Notes: generated from the sequence alone by a model not told the origin. Positions 48,478 to 58,643 are shown, counted from the stretch's first letter. The stretch: DNA of 64,000 nt from Candidatus Lustribacter sp. (GCA_965277805.1 OZ255842.1:3040001-3104000); one strand, 5' to 3'. Made by a program: numbers and translations.

Positions 48478-49359
48478 ATGGAACTTCGTCATTTGCGTTA
48501 CTTTGTGGCCGTCGCCGAGCACTTGCATTTCGGACGCGCCGCAGAAGCGCTGATGACGGCGCAGCCCTCGCTCAGCCGGCAGATCCAGCAGCTCGAAGAG
48601 GAATTGGGTGCGACGCTCTTCGAGCGCAACAACCGCAATGTCGAGCTCACCGCCGCCGGCCGCACCTTCCTCGCCGACGCAAGGCGCACGCTCGACGCCG
48701 CCGATGCCGGAATGCGGCACGCACGCGAAAATGCGGAGGGCACGCGCGGAGAACTGCGCCTGGGCTTTATCGCGGGCGCGATGATGACGCACTTGCCGTT
48801 GGTGCTGCGCGAACACCGGCAGCGCTTTCCTGATGTCGACATCGTTGCGCACTCGATGTCGATTCCCGATATGCAGTCGGCGCTACATACCGGAACGCTC
48901 GATCTCGCGTGGACGATTCCGCCGCCCGATCCGGACATCACGTCGGCGATCATCACCGCAGACTCGCTGGTCGCGGCCGTGCCGGCCGGCCATCGCTTGG
49001 CGAAGCGCAAGGTCGTCGCGATCGGCGACCTCGCCGGCGACGCGTTGATCCTCCTCTCGCGGTCGGTCACACCGGTGCTTCACGATGATACGCTCGCGCT
49101 GTGTTTGGCGAACGGCTTCCGGCCCGCGCGCGTCTACGAATTCTTCGAAGGGTTGACGATGCTCGGATTCGTGGCGGCCGGTTTCGGTGTTGCGCTGGCG
49201 CCGTTCCCGTGGTCGGTCTTGCAGTTGCCGGACATTGCCTTTCGCAAACTCTCGGTAAATATCGCCTATAACGAAGCGCTGAGCTGGCGCACGGACCGGT
49301 ACACGCCGATCATGCGCACGTTCGTGGAAACCGCGACGCGCGTGCTCAAAGCTCAATGA
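48478..49359 (+). CDS. LysR family transcriptional regulator (BenM/HcaR-like)
   Basis: MELRHLRYFVAVAEHLHFGRAAE...QPSLSRQIQQLE. Confidence 0.95.
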   Translation: MELRHLRYFVAVAEHLHFGRAAEALMTAQPSLSRQIQQLEEELGATLFERNNRNVELTAAGRTFLADARRTLDAADAGMRHARENAEGTRGELRLGFIAGAMMTHLPLVLREHRQRFPDVDIVAHSMSIPDMQSALHTGTLDLAWTIPPPDPDITSAIITADSLVAAVPAGHRLAKRKVVAIGDLAGDALILLSRSVTPVLHDDTLALCLANGFRPARVYEFFEGLTMLGFVAAGFGVALAPFPWSVLQLPDIAFRKLSVNIAYNEALSWRTDRYTPIMRTFVETATRVLKAQ

Positions 49360-49400
49360 TACTTTTCAAGCATCAATATCAGACAAACAAAATATTGGAC
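49357..49400 (+). promoter_or_regulatory. Putative LysR-type binding site
   Basis: ATAC-N7-GCAT at 49359-49373 (T-N11-A, one mismatch to ATAC-N7-GTAT), then CAATAT...ATATTG. Confidence 0.5.
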
Positions 49401-49490
49401 GCATCAATCGCGGAGCGGTAGCCTAAAGCCACGGCGGGTTGACCCCGCCCCGTGACCCCGAAAAAAATCGGGAAGAAAAAGGCTCCTCAC

Positions 49491-49937
49491 ATGAACACGC
49501 TTCTGCCCCGCACCCTGATCGCCGCCGCGGCCGTCCTGGCCGGCACGGTGCAGGCCAACGCCGCCGGCACGGCCGCCAATCTCGCCTACACCCCGCCGGC
49601 GGCAACCGCACCGATCCGCATCGATCAGATGCAGCTCCCGCCGTTCACCGCGGGCGAACACAACCTGCTGCCGCGCTACATCACGGTCTCGTTTACGAAC
49701 CTGCAAACGCAGCCGGCCACCGACGTCGTCTTCGGCATGCTCGATAGTAAAGGCCGCGTCGTCGACGAGTACGAGAACCGCGGCACCTTCTCGCCCGGCG
49801 TGAAGATCGCGGCGCAAGTACCCTTCGACCAGATCCTCGACAAAGTAGCGGGCTTCGACGTCGAAGCTGCAACGTTCGCCGACGGCACGACCTGGACGAA
49901 AGACGAGAACCTCAGCCGGCGCCAGTCATCGTTCTAA
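49491..49937 (+). CDS. Secreted hypothetical protein
   Basis: Signal peptide; ITVSFTN...VVFG...RGTFSPGVKI...FADGTTW; similar to 52813-53334. Confidence 0.75.
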   Translation: MNTLLPRTLIAAAAVLAGTVQANAAGTAANLAYTPPAATAPIRIDQMQLPPFTAGEHNLLPRYITVSFTNLQTQPATDVVFGMLDSKGRVVDEYENRGTFSPGVKIAAQVPFDQILDKVAGFDVEAATFADGTTWTKDENLSRRQSSF

Positions 49938-50040
49938 TAGACTCCATCAAGACACTTCGCAGTACTCCGCCTCGGGCCGGCTCGGCGATGGACCGGCCCG
50001 AGGGTTTTCAGCGCCGCGAGCGCCAACGTCCACCGTCGGC

Positions 50041-51816
50041 ATGCGGCCCTTCATCGCGGGTTTGGTTCGTCCGTATGCACCGGTATTGGTGCTCATTTTT
50101 GCTGCGATGCTGATCGAAACGGCGATGAGCTTGGCCGCACCGTGGCCGCTCAAAGTCATCCTCGACGACGTCGTCGGCCGGCACCATCTCCCGCCGGCGT
50201 TGGAGCGCGCGTTGGGGAACGCGGTCAACGACAAGCTGCAACTGGCGGGCATCGCGGCCGGCGCGTTTGTCGTCATCGCCGCGCTCGGGGCAGTAGCGAG
50301 CTATGTCGATAACTACTATACCGAAAGCGTCGGACAGTGGGTCGCGAACGACTTGCGGCTCGAGGTGTACGCGCACCTCGAACGCGTGTCGCTCGCGTAC
50401 TACGATCGGCACGAAACGGGCCAGCTGCTCAGCACGTTGACCGACGACATCATCACGATCCAGAACTTCGCCTCCGGCGCACTGCTCGGCATCCTCATCG
50501 ACGTGATGACGATTGCCGGCATGATCGGCCTGATGTTCTGGTTGAACTGGGACTTCGCGCTGATCGCGCTGGGAACGACCCCGTTCCTCCTCCTGATCGC
50601 GATGCGGCTCAAAGGTGCGGTGAAGCGCGCGACGCGCGAAGTACGGCGCCGTCAAAGCGACGTGCTGGCCGTGCTCCAAGAGGGTCTGCAATCGATCCGC
50701 TCGGTCAAAGCCTTCGGCCGCGAAACGCTCGAAACGGCGCACCTGCGCGACGCCAGCCGCGCAACGGTCAACGCGGCGCTCTCCGCCCGGCGCGTGAAGT
50801 CGATTCTCGCGCCGGTCGCCTCCGTCGTCGTGGCGCTCTGCACCGCGCTCGTGCTCTGGCGCGGCGCGGCGCTGATCCTGACGGGCGCCATGACGATCGG
50901 TGCGCTCACCGTCTTCCTGTCCTACCTCAACAAATTTTTCAAGCCGGTACAAGATCTAGCCAAGATGTCGAATTCGATCGCCCAGGCCGGCGTCGGCATC
51001 GAACGCGTTCGCGCGCTGCTCGAGATCGACGCGCTCATCCCGGATCCGGCCAAGCCGTACGATCCGGGCCGCGTGCGCGGCGCCATCGCATTCGACGACG
51101 TGACGTTTGCGTATGATACCGCGTTTCCGGTTCTGGCCGGCGTCACGTTTTCCGTCGCTCCGGGACAAACGGTCGGGATCGTCGGTGCGACGGGCGGCGG
51201 CAAGTCGACCATCATGAGCTTGATCCCGCGCTTCTATGATGCGACCGGCGGGCGCGTGTCCGTCGACGGCATCGACGTGCGCGACTACACGATCGAGGCC
51301 CTGCGGCGCCAGATCGCGTTCGTGTTGCAAGATACCGTGCTCTTCTGGGGCACGATCCGCGAGAACATCGCCTACGGGCGTACCGATGCGACTGCCGACG
51401 AGATCGTCGAAGCCGCGCGCGTCGCCAACGCACACGACTTCATCGTCCGGCTGCCCGACGGGTACGATACGGCGGTCGGCGAGCGCGGCCTCACGCTCTC
51501 GGGCGGTCAGCGCCAGCGCATCGGGATCGCCCGCGCGGTCGTGCGCGACGCACCGATTCTGCTGCTCGACGAGCCGACGGCCGCGCTCGACACCGAATCC
51601 GAGCGGCTCGTCATCGAGGCGCTGGGCCGGTTGATGAAGGGCCGCACCGTCGTCACCATCGCGCACCGGCTGAGCACGATCCGGGACGCCGACAGCATCA
51701 TCGTGCTCAAAGGTGGGCGAATCTGCGAGCAGGGAAGCCATGCCGAGCTACTCCAACGCGGCGGCGCCTACGCCGAACTCAACAACGCGCAGTTCGGTCC
51801 GGCACCTGCATCCTAG
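50041..51816 (+). CDS. ABC exporter, fused permease/ATPase (MsbA-like)
   Basis: Transmembrane domain plus GATGGGKST, LSGGQRQR, LLLDEPT and IAHRLST. Confidence 0.95.
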   Translation: MRPFIAGLVRPYAPVLVLIFAAMLIETAMSLAAPWPLKVILDDVVGRHHLPPALERALGNAVNDKLQLAGIAAGAFVVIAALGAVASYVDNYYTESVGQWVANDLRLEVYAHLERVSLAYYDRHETGQLLSTLTDDIITIQNFASGALLGILIDVMTIAGMIGLMFWLNWDFALIALGTTPFLLLIAMRLKGAVKRATREVRRRQSDVLAVLQEGLQSIRSVKAFGRETLETAHLRDASRATVNAALSARRVKSILAPVASVVVALCTALVLWRGAALILTGAMTIGALTVFLSYLNKFFKPVQDLAKMSNSIAQAGVGIERVRALLEIDALIPDPAKPYDPGRVRGAIAFDDVTFAYDTAFPVLAGVTFSVAPGQTVGIVGATGGGKSTIMSLIPRFYDATGGRVSVDGIDVRDYTIEALRRQIAFVLQDTVLFWGTIRENIAYGRTDATADEIVEAARVANAHDFIVRLPDGYDTAVGERGLTLSGGQRQRIGIARAVVRDAPILLLDEPTAALDTESERLVIEALGRLMKGRTVVTIAHRLSTIRDADSIIVLKGGRICEQGSHAELLQRGGAYAELNNAQFGPAPAS

Positions 51817-51829
51817 AGGCTCGACGTTC

Positions 51830-52816
51830 ATGGCATCCCGCTCCGTTCTCGTGCTGCCCGACGATTCTCCCAAGGCGATCGTGGACGCCATTGCGGGCGC
51901 GCAGCGTTCGCTGCGCATCAAGATGTTCGTGTTCGACGACGCCGAGCTGCTCGCCGCGGTCATCGCGGCGAAGGCGCGCGGGATCGACGTGCGGGTTATG
52001 CTCAATCCGGCTCGCCGTAACGGCGAAGACGACTGCCGAGAAACGCGGGCGGCCCTCATCGCCGCAGGCGTCGCCGTCAAGGCGAGTTCGCCCGCCTTCG
52101 ACCTCACCCACGAGAAGTCGATGGTCGTCGATGAGGCCGCCGCCTTTATCCAATCGCTCAACTGGACGACGAAAGACCTCACCGAGACCCGCGATTACGC
52201 GATCGTCACCAACCACGTCAAGGAAGTGCGTGAAGTCGCGGGCTGCTTCGATGCCGACTGGAGCCGTCAGGCGTTCGTGCCGCCGGAGGGCTCGCATCTG
52301 ATCTGGTGCCCCGATACCGGGCGCGACCGCATCTGCCGTTTCATCGATGCCGCCCGGGAGACGCTCTTCGTGCAAAACGAGCGCTACCAGGATACGGTCG
52401 TCATCGAGCGTCTGGTGCGCGCCGCGCGCCGCGGCGTGGCCGTTCACGCGATGGTTCCGGCGCCCCACACGCTCAAACTCGACAAGCTCGTCGAAGCCGT
52501 CGGGGGATTGCGCATTCTCGACGACGTCGGCGTGAAAGTGCACCGGCTGCGCCACCTCAAGTTGCACGGCAAACTGTTCCTCGCCGATGGCCGGGCGGCG
52601 CTGGTGGGCTCGATCAACCTCGCGCCGGGCAGCCTCGACGGCCGCCGCGAACTCGCGATCGAAGTGCACGACGATATCGTCATCGGCCGCTTGCAGCAAA
52701 CCGCACACCACGATTGGAAAAATTCCGCACCGCTCGACCTGAGCGATGCCGGCTTGCTGGCCGATATCCACGACCGCAGCGACGCGGCGAACCTGCTCGT
52801 ACTCAAGGAGAAATGA
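51830..52816 (+). CDS. Phospholipase D superfamily protein (cardiolipin synthase-like)
   Basis: Two HKD motifs: HEKSMVVD and HGKLFLAD...GSIN. Confidence 0.88.
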   Translation: MASRSVLVLPDDSPKAIVDAIAGAQRSLRIKMFVFDDAELLAAVIAAKARGIDVRVMLNPARRNGEDDCRETRAALIAAGVAVKASSPAFDLTHEKSMVVDEAAAFIQSLNWTTKDLTETRDYAIVTNHVKEVREVAGCFDADWSRQAFVPPEGSHLIWCPDTGRDRICRFIDAARETLFVQNERYQDTVVIERLVRAARRGVAVHAMVPAPHTLKLDKLVEAVGGLRILDDVGVKVHRLRHLKLHGKLFLADGRAALVGSINLAPGSLDGRRELAIEVHDDIVIGRLQQTAHHDWKNSAPLDLSDAGLLADIHDRSDAANLLVLKEK

Positions 52817-53334
52817 TGCGCCTTCCGATTCTCGTCGCGTTGATGCTGCTGGCCACGGCCCGTTCCGCCGTCGCGCAACCCGCGCCGGCCGCGCTGATCA
52901 ACGTTGGCACCTGCGATCCGCAAAAGTCCACCACGGTCGCAGCGTATTCGGCGTTCGCGCCCGCGTACTACCCGTTCGCACCCTACTACTGGAACGACCC
53001 GTACGGGTTCCAGTACAGTCAGCTCGCGCCGATCCCGGCCAACGGCACGTTGTCGATCGATTACACGAACGTCACGAGCAAGGTCATGACCACGATCGAC
53101 TTCGGCCTCGTGGCGCGCGGCAAGCTGGTCGCCGAAGTACGCGACGTCGGCAAATTTTCACCGCACATCGAGATCAAGCACCAGTTCGGTTTGGACCGCA
53201 ACGTCTTTCCGCTGCGCACGGCGCTCTCGAAGTGCGTGCCGCTGCACATCGTCTACGCCGATCAAACGACCTGGACGAATCCGAACCTGCCGCCCGCCGA
53301 TAAGCACATGCGGGGCCGCCACCACAAGAGCTGA
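52813..53334 (+). CDS. Secreted hypothetical protein
   Basis: AAGGAG RBS; signal peptide; LSIDYTN...IDFG...VGKFSPHIEI...YADQTTW. Confidence 0.75.
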   Translation: MMRLPILVALMLLATARSAVAQPAPAALINVGTCDPQKSTTVAAYSAFAPAYYPFAPYYWNDPYGFQYSQLAPIPANGTLSIDYTNVTSKVMTTIDFGLVARGKLVAEVRDVGKFSPHIEIKHQFGLDRNVFPLRTALSKCVPLHIVYADQTTWTNPNLPPADKHMRGRHHKS

Positions 53335-53343
53335 GCCGAACGG

Positions 53344-53811
53344 TTAGAGCTGGCGGGCGAGCGACTCGATGGCGGCGCGAAACTTGGCGTGGTCGACGGC
53401 GAAATGCTTTTCGATCACGCCGAGCTTACCCGGCCGAATTCCCGAATTGGGACGCACCGGCTCGAACGAGCCGCGGATGATCCGGCCGCCGTTGCGCGAC
53501 ATGCCGAGATCGATCGTGGAGCAATGCGCGGTGCCGGTTTGGTCGGCCCGAACGTGGCACAATAGCGTGAGCCGAACCAGACCTTCGCACTCGATGAATA
53601 CCGGCGTCTCCGACGGTTTGGCGGCGATTGGTAAGCGCACTGGTTCGCCGATGGCTTTATCCCGCAGCCCCAAAAGGCCGCCAAGGAGCGCCGCCGCGAC
53701 AGTTTCAGAGTACAGAAAGCGCGCTTGGAATTCGCGCTCATACGCATCTTGTCGTGGATCGCTACGGCCGCGCTTCTGGTCGTTCTCGCGCAGGATGTCT
53801 TCGATCCCCAT
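53344..53811 (-). CDS. Hypothetical protein
   Basis: ORF fills an otherwise empty gap; GGGGAG RBS before MGIEDIL; no recognisable motif. Confidence 0.5.
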   Translation of the reverse strand: MGIEDILRENDQKRGRSDPRQDAYEREFQARFLYSETVAAALLGGLLGLRDKAIGEPVRLPIAAKPSETPVFIECEGLVRLTLLCHVRADQTGTAHCSTIDLGMSRNGGRIIRGSFEPVRPNSGIRPGKLGVIEKHFAVDHAKFRAAIESLARQL

Positions 53812-54047
53812 AAGCTCCCCACAATCCAACCCCTTGCTTGGGTGATCCTGCGCCGCCATAGAGCGTGCTGCGTAAAGAACCGGTAGCCGGCCGTGAATCG
53901 AAGTTCGCGCGTAATTAACCCTCCGAGCACACGGTTCACGAGGGATTCGGGAGGGCGTTCGCGTCCCGGAAAGAACCGATCCGCGTTCGTAGAGCGTACA
54001 AATGTTCGCCTAGCGAAAACATTGCGCCCGGTTCGAGGAGTGGTAGC

Positions 54048-55820
54048 GTGGCCGTATCCATCGCCGCCGAAGTGATCGACACCGATGTCCTGGTGCTCGG
54101 CGGCGGCTTCGGAGGCGCCTGGGCTGCGCTGCGCGCGAGCGAGCTTGGTGCCGACGTCGTGCTGGTCGAAAAGGCGCACGTGGCACGCAGCGGTGCGTCC
54201 ACCATGTCAGGTGGCGTAACGACCTGCCCGATCGATTCCGACGACTTGAACATTTGGGCCGAAGAGTTCATCTCCCACGGCGCCTATATGTGCGATCAGG
54301 ACTGGACGTGGCAGTTGCTCGAGGGCGCGCGCGAGCGCGTCAAGACGATCGCGTCATGGGACATACCGATCTCGCGCGACGAGGACGGCGCAATCCGGCG
54401 CTTCGCGAGCCGCGGCATGGTCGACGTCCGCTGTATGCAGTACCACCCGAAAAAGACGATGGAAGAATTGCGCCGCCGCAATCTCGCCCAGGGCGTGCGC
54501 ATCTACGATCGCGTCGCTGCCGTCGATCTGCTCACGAGTGACGGCCTGCACCCGACGAAGGGCAGCATCACGGGTTGCCTCGGCTTCGGCGTGCGCGACG
54601 GCATGTCGTACATCTTCCGCGCCAAACGCACGATCCTCGCAATGGGCGTCATGGCGATGAAGGGCAAATGGCACATCGACAACGTCACCGGCGACGGCGC
54701 GGCAATCGCGTACCGGGCCGGCACGCGGCTCGTCGATCTCGAGATGGGTTGCGGCGGCACGTTCACCGTTCTCATGAAGAACTACGATCTCGGCGGTTAC
54801 AACATCGCCGTCGCGCACGGCGCGCAACTGATCAACGCGGCGGGCGAGCGGTTCATGGCGCAGTACGACCCGCTACGCTTCGAACGCAGCGAACTCTCGC
54901 GCGTCGTTGCGGCTTTCGTCAAAGAGATCAACGACGGGCGCGGCCCGTGCTACATCGATTTGCGTACCTGCGATGCGTCGTACTGGTCGGACCTCGAAAC
55001 GGTCTGGTCGCGCAATTCGCAGATTCTCCTTTCCGATCACATCCCCAATCCGCGCGAGCACCCACTGCTGATCGAACCGCAATGGGGCGCCTGGGCACAC
55101 GGGATGAGCGGCGTGCAGATCGATCTGCAGTGCCGCTCCAATCTCGACGGCCTCTTCGCCACCGGATCGAACGCCAAGAACAAAGCGACCGGCACACACT
55201 CCAGTGCCGGCAGCCCGACGGCCTTCGCGATGAACAGCGGATACTACGCCGGGCAAACCGCGGCCCGCGAAGCGCGCGACCTGCCGCTGCCGCAACTCAA
55301 CACCGGCGACGTGCGAGACCTCATCGAAGCGATGCGCGCACCGCTGACGCGCCCGCGGCAAGGTCTCTCGCCCGACGACATCCACGATCGCATGGCATGG
55401 CTCGAAACCTCGGTCGTGGACGGGGTGCTGAACAACGCCGGCAAGCTGCACCGCAAACTCGGGGTCGTCGAGGAGATGCAGGCCGCGCTCGACGCGTGTC
55501 ACGCGCCCGATCCCCACGAGCTCGCCAAGTTTCACGAAGCGCGCAACATCGTCGAGTTCGCCCGGGCGCAGTATCTCTCGGCGCTCGATCGCACCGAAAG
55601 CCGCGAATCGTTTTACCGCGAAGACTTTCCGGAAACGAATGACGATGAATGGTTCGCTTGGCACGGTATCACGCGTGCCGCGGACGGCAGCGCGGTTTTC
55701 GACCGGGAACGCATTCCACTGGAACGCTTTCCGCTGCAGCCGCCGTTCATCGGCGGACGCCGCTTGAGCCCGGTGGCCGCGATGATGAACGGCACGTACG
55801 ATGCCGCCGCCTATGCATAA
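54048..55820 (+). CDS. FAD-dependent oxidoreductase, SdhA/FrdA/AprA flavoprotein family
   Basis: DVLVLGGGFGG, RSGAS, TGDG, LINAAGERF, GLFATG and RTESR..FYREDFPE motifs. Confidence 0.9.
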   Translation: MAVSIAAEVIDTDVLVLGGGFGGAWAALRASELGADVVLVEKAHVARSGASTMSGGVTTCPIDSDDLNIWAEEFISHGAYMCDQDWTWQLLEGARERVKTIASWDIPISRDEDGAIRRFASRGMVDVRCMQYHPKKTMEELRRRNLAQGVRIYDRVAAVDLLTSDGLHPTKGSITGCLGFGVRDGMSYIFRAKRTILAMGVMAMKGKWHIDNVTGDGAAIAYRAGTRLVDLEMGCGGTFTVLMKNYDLGGYNIAVAHGAQLINAAGERFMAQYDPLRFERSELSRVVAAFVKEINDGRGPCYIDLRTCDASYWSDLETVWSRNSQILLSDHIPNPREHPLLIEPQWGAWAHGMSGVQIDLQCRSNLDGLFATGSNAKNKATGTHSSAGSPTAFAMNSGYYAGQTAAREARDLPLPQLNTGDVRDLIEAMRAPLTRPRQGLSPDDIHDRMAWLETSVVDGVLNNAGKLHRKLGVVEEMQAALDACHAPDPHELAKFHEARNIVEFARAQYLSALDRTESRESFYREDFPETNDDEWFAWHGITRAADGSAVFDRERIPLERFPLQPPFIGGRRLSPVAAMMNGTYDAAAYA

Positions 55821-56058
55821 CGACCGTTTGGTCATCGACCTCACGCTCTGCGACGGCTGCGGCGTGTGCGTCGACTCGTGTCCGACCGACGTGCTGCGCA
55901 TGGATGCGGACGCAAAGAAAGTCACGATCGCTTATGCCAACGACTGCCAGGCATGCTACCTGTGCCAGGACGACTGTCCGCAGCATTGCATCGCCGTCAG
56001 CTTCAGCTCCCAAAATCCGCGCCGCAAGAGCATCTACGACTTGCTCGACATCGCATGA
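55813..56058 (+). CDS. 2x[4Fe-4S] ferredoxin (AprB-like)
   Basis: CDGCGVCVDSCP and CQACYLCQDDCP. Confidence 0.93.
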   Translation: MHNDRLVIDLTLCDGCGVCVDSCPTDVLRMDADAKKVTIAYANDCQACYLCQDDCPQHCIAVSFSSQNPRRKSIYDLLDIA

Positions 56059-56873
56059 CCGTGCCGCTCCCGCTTTTCATCAACGCCGGGGGCATCAAGA
56101 CGCACGTTTACGTAGCGGGTGAAGGCGGCCGCTACCCGGTCGTGTTCGTGCACGGCGGCGGACTCGGGTCCGACTCCCACTCTTGGCTCGGCGCCATGTC
56201 GCAGCTCGCGCGCCGCACCTACGCGTTCGACACGGTCGGCTTTGGCCGCTCCGCGGCGCCCGCGCTGACCTACGACAGCGCGTTGATCGCGCGGCACTTA
56301 CTCGACGTGCTCGACGTACTCTTCCTCGACCGGGCGATTCTCGTCGGCCACTCGCTCGGCGCTACCACCGTCGCGCGGTTCGCCGTCGCGCATCCCGCGC
56401 GCGTGGCGGCCGCGGTGATGGTCGCGCCCGGCGGCGGTTCGGTCGGCCTCAAGTACCACAGCGACGGTCACGCGGCCATGGCCCGCGTTCTCACCGATCC
56501 TTCGTTCGAGAACGTGCGCGCGTTGGCCGCACTGATGCGCGCGAACGACGATCACGCCGACGAAGACGCAGCCCATCGCCTGGAGGTCGCGAGGGCGCCG
56601 GGAGTTCTCGCCGCGCTTCGCGCTTACGGCGCCGCCCCGGCAGCCGGCAGCCTCGAGGAGACGTTGCCGCAGCTCTCGATACCGTTCATGCTGATGTGGG
56701 GCACCGCCGAACGCTTCAACCCGCCGGATCTGGGCGACCGGATCGCCGCCAAGCTCCCCAATCTCACGCGCTATGCGGTCTTCGAAGGTGCGGGCCACTA
56801 CATTCAGTACGATGCACCGGATCGCTTTTGCTCGACCCTATCCAACTTCTTCGATGACGTGGAGGCAGCCTGA
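56055..56873 (+). CDS. Alpha/beta fold hydrolase
   Basis: VFVHGGG, GFGRS, GHSLG and GAGH motifs. Confidence 0.88.
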   Translation: MTVPLPLFINAGGIKTHVYVAGEGGRYPVVFVHGGGLGSDSHSWLGAMSQLARRTYAFDTVGFGRSAAPALTYDSALIARHLLDVLDVLFLDRAILVGHSLGATTVARFAVAHPARVAAAVMVAPGGGSVGLKYHSDGHAAMARVLTDPSFENVRALAALMRANDDHADEDAAHRLEVARAPGVLAALRAYGAAPAAGSLEETLPQLSIPFMLMWGTAERFNPPDLGDRIAAKLPNLTRYAVFEGAGHYIQYDAPDRFCSTLSNFFDDVEAA

Positions 56874-57841
56874 TGATCCAAAACCGACGTCACTTCGTTG
56901 CCGGCACCGCAGCGGTGCTGGCCGGTTCGATGATGTCGAACGCCTCGGCCCAAAGCATGACCAACCTCGAGCTGGGAGACGTGTCGAAAACCGCCACCAG
57001 CTGGCCGATGGAAATCGCCCGCGTCAACGGCTTCTTCACCAAGCAAAAGCTCAACATCGACACCACCTACGTCGGCAACAATCCGGGTGTCGCGCAACAG
57101 GTCGTCGGCAGCGCGCTCGACCTCGGGCTCACCACCGTCGAGACGGCGATCCGCGCCGTCGAGAGCGGCGCGCCGATCGTGATGATCTCGAGCGTCATGC
57201 TGAAGTTTCCGTACAACTTCATGGCCGCGACATCGATCAATGCTCCGGCCGACCTCAAAGGCAAGAAGATCATCCTGGATCTGCCGAAAAGCTATCTTTC
57301 CTACACGTGGGCGCGCTGGTCGAAAGCGAATCATCTCCAGCCCGACGACGTCGAAATCGTGTATGACGGCTCCTCCACCAACCGCTTTGCAGCTCTTGTG
57401 GCCGGCGCTGTCCAGCTGGCGCCCGTATTGCAACCGCTCGATCTGATGGCACAAGACCGCGGTTTCAAGAAATTCATCCAGATGAGCATCTTTGCACCGA
57501 ATTTCGGCTTTGACGCGCTCGTCGCGCGCAAGGCCTGGCTGCAAACGAACGGCGCGACCGCACGCGCGTTCATTAAAGCCGCCGCCGATGCCGTCGATTA
57601 CTTTTACGACAAGAAGAATCGGGACGCGTCGATCAATGCGCTCGTCGAGTTCTCGAAGGTCGACGCACCGACGGCCGCCCGCGTGTACGACTACTACGTG
57701 AACGACCTGCACCCGTATGCAAAAGGAATGGCGCTCCCCGACGCGTACGTGAAAACGGTGTCCGATTATCTCGTCGTCTCGGGCGATCTAAAATCCGCCG
57801 GGCCGCCCTCGAAATACGTTGACCATAGCTTCCTTCCTTGA
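56873..57841 (+). CDS. ABC substrate-binding protein (NMT1/SsuA type), permease-linked
   Basis: NRRHFV Tat signal; GFFTKQKL, DLKGK and RFAALVAG motifs. Confidence 0.87.
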   Translation: MIQNRRHFVAGTAAVLAGSMMSNASAQSMTNLELGDVSKTATSWPMEIARVNGFFTKQKLNIDTTYVGNNPGVAQQVVGSALDLGLTTVETAIRAVESGAPIVMISSVMLKFPYNFMAATSINAPADLKGKKIILDLPKSYLSYTWARWSKANHLQPDDVEIVYDGSSTNRFAALVAGAVQLAPVLQPLDLMAQDRGFKKFIQMSIFAPNFGFDALVARKAWLQTNGATARAFIKAAADAVDYFYDKKNRDASINALVEFSKVDAPTAARVYDYYVNDLHPYAKGMALPDAYVKTVSDYLVVSGDLKSAGPPSKYVDHSFLP

Positions 57842-58605
57842 ATAAAGTCGCGGTTGCACGCGGCACCGTTTCCTTCGCCGCTGCCATCGCCGGTTGGGAA
57901 CTGATCGCGCGTTTCGCGGTCCATAATTCGCTGTTTCTCGCCGGCCCGATCGCCGTCGCTCAAAAGAGCGTCGAACTCTGGGGCACCGGCGAGTTACAGA
58001 AAAATCTGCTGACGAGCTGGAGCGAATTCGCGATCGGTTTCGCGCTCTCGGCCGTCGTCGGAATCGGCGTAGGCGTCTTGCTCGCGCACTCGCAAAAGGC
58101 ACGGCACTACATCGACCCCTGGGTGTCGATGCTCTACGCGACCCCGCTGATCGCGCTCGGGCCCGTCTTCATCCTGTGGCTCGGCATCGGCCTGACCGCG
58201 AAGGTCGCGGTCATTTTCCTCACCGCGGTGTTTCCAATTTTGCTCAACACGGTCTCCGGGTTGCGCGAAACCGATCCGCAACTAGTGGAAGTGGCGTACT
58301 CGTTCGGCGGCAACGAATCGCAAGTTTACCGTTTCATTCGTTTCCCGGCAGCGCTGCCGTTCATCATCGTCGGTTTGCGTCTGGGGATCGCCCGTGCGCT
58401 CGTCGGCATTGTGGTCGCGGAATTCTTCGGCGCTCGCGCGGGGGTCGGGTTCATGATCCTCACATCGGCGCAAACGTTCGATACGGCGTCGGTCTTCCTG
58501 GGCGTGATTATCCTCGCGATCGCCGGCGTCGGCAGCACCGAGTTCCTCAAGTGGCTCGAGATGCGGCTCGCGCCTTGGCGCTATTCGATCGGCCAACCAG
58601 AATAG
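57838..58605 (+). CDS. ABC transporter permease (SsuC/TauC type)
   Basis: PLIALGP, LVEVAYSFGG, FPAALP and VVAEF motifs. Confidence 0.9.
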   Translation: MNKVAVARGTVSFAAAIAGWELIARFAVHNSLFLAGPIAVAQKSVELWGTGELQKNLLTSWSEFAIGFALSAVVGIGVGVLLAHSQKARHYIDPWVSMLYATPLIALGPVFILWLGIGLTAKVAVIFLTAVFPILLNTVSGLRETDPQLVEVAYSFGGNESQVYRFIRFPAALPFIIVGLRLGIARALVGIVVAEFFGARAGVGFMILTSAQTFDTASVFLGVIILAIAGVGSTEFLKWLEMRLAPWRYSIGQPE

Positions 58606-58643
58606 CGCCAAGGCGATAACCACGAGGAGCGTGTCGAAGGGTG

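Noticed and set aside
51830-52816. PLD protein as a defence nuclease
   Set aside because: It has two HKD motifs in a cardiolipin-synthase-like layout, with no helicase or methylase partner.
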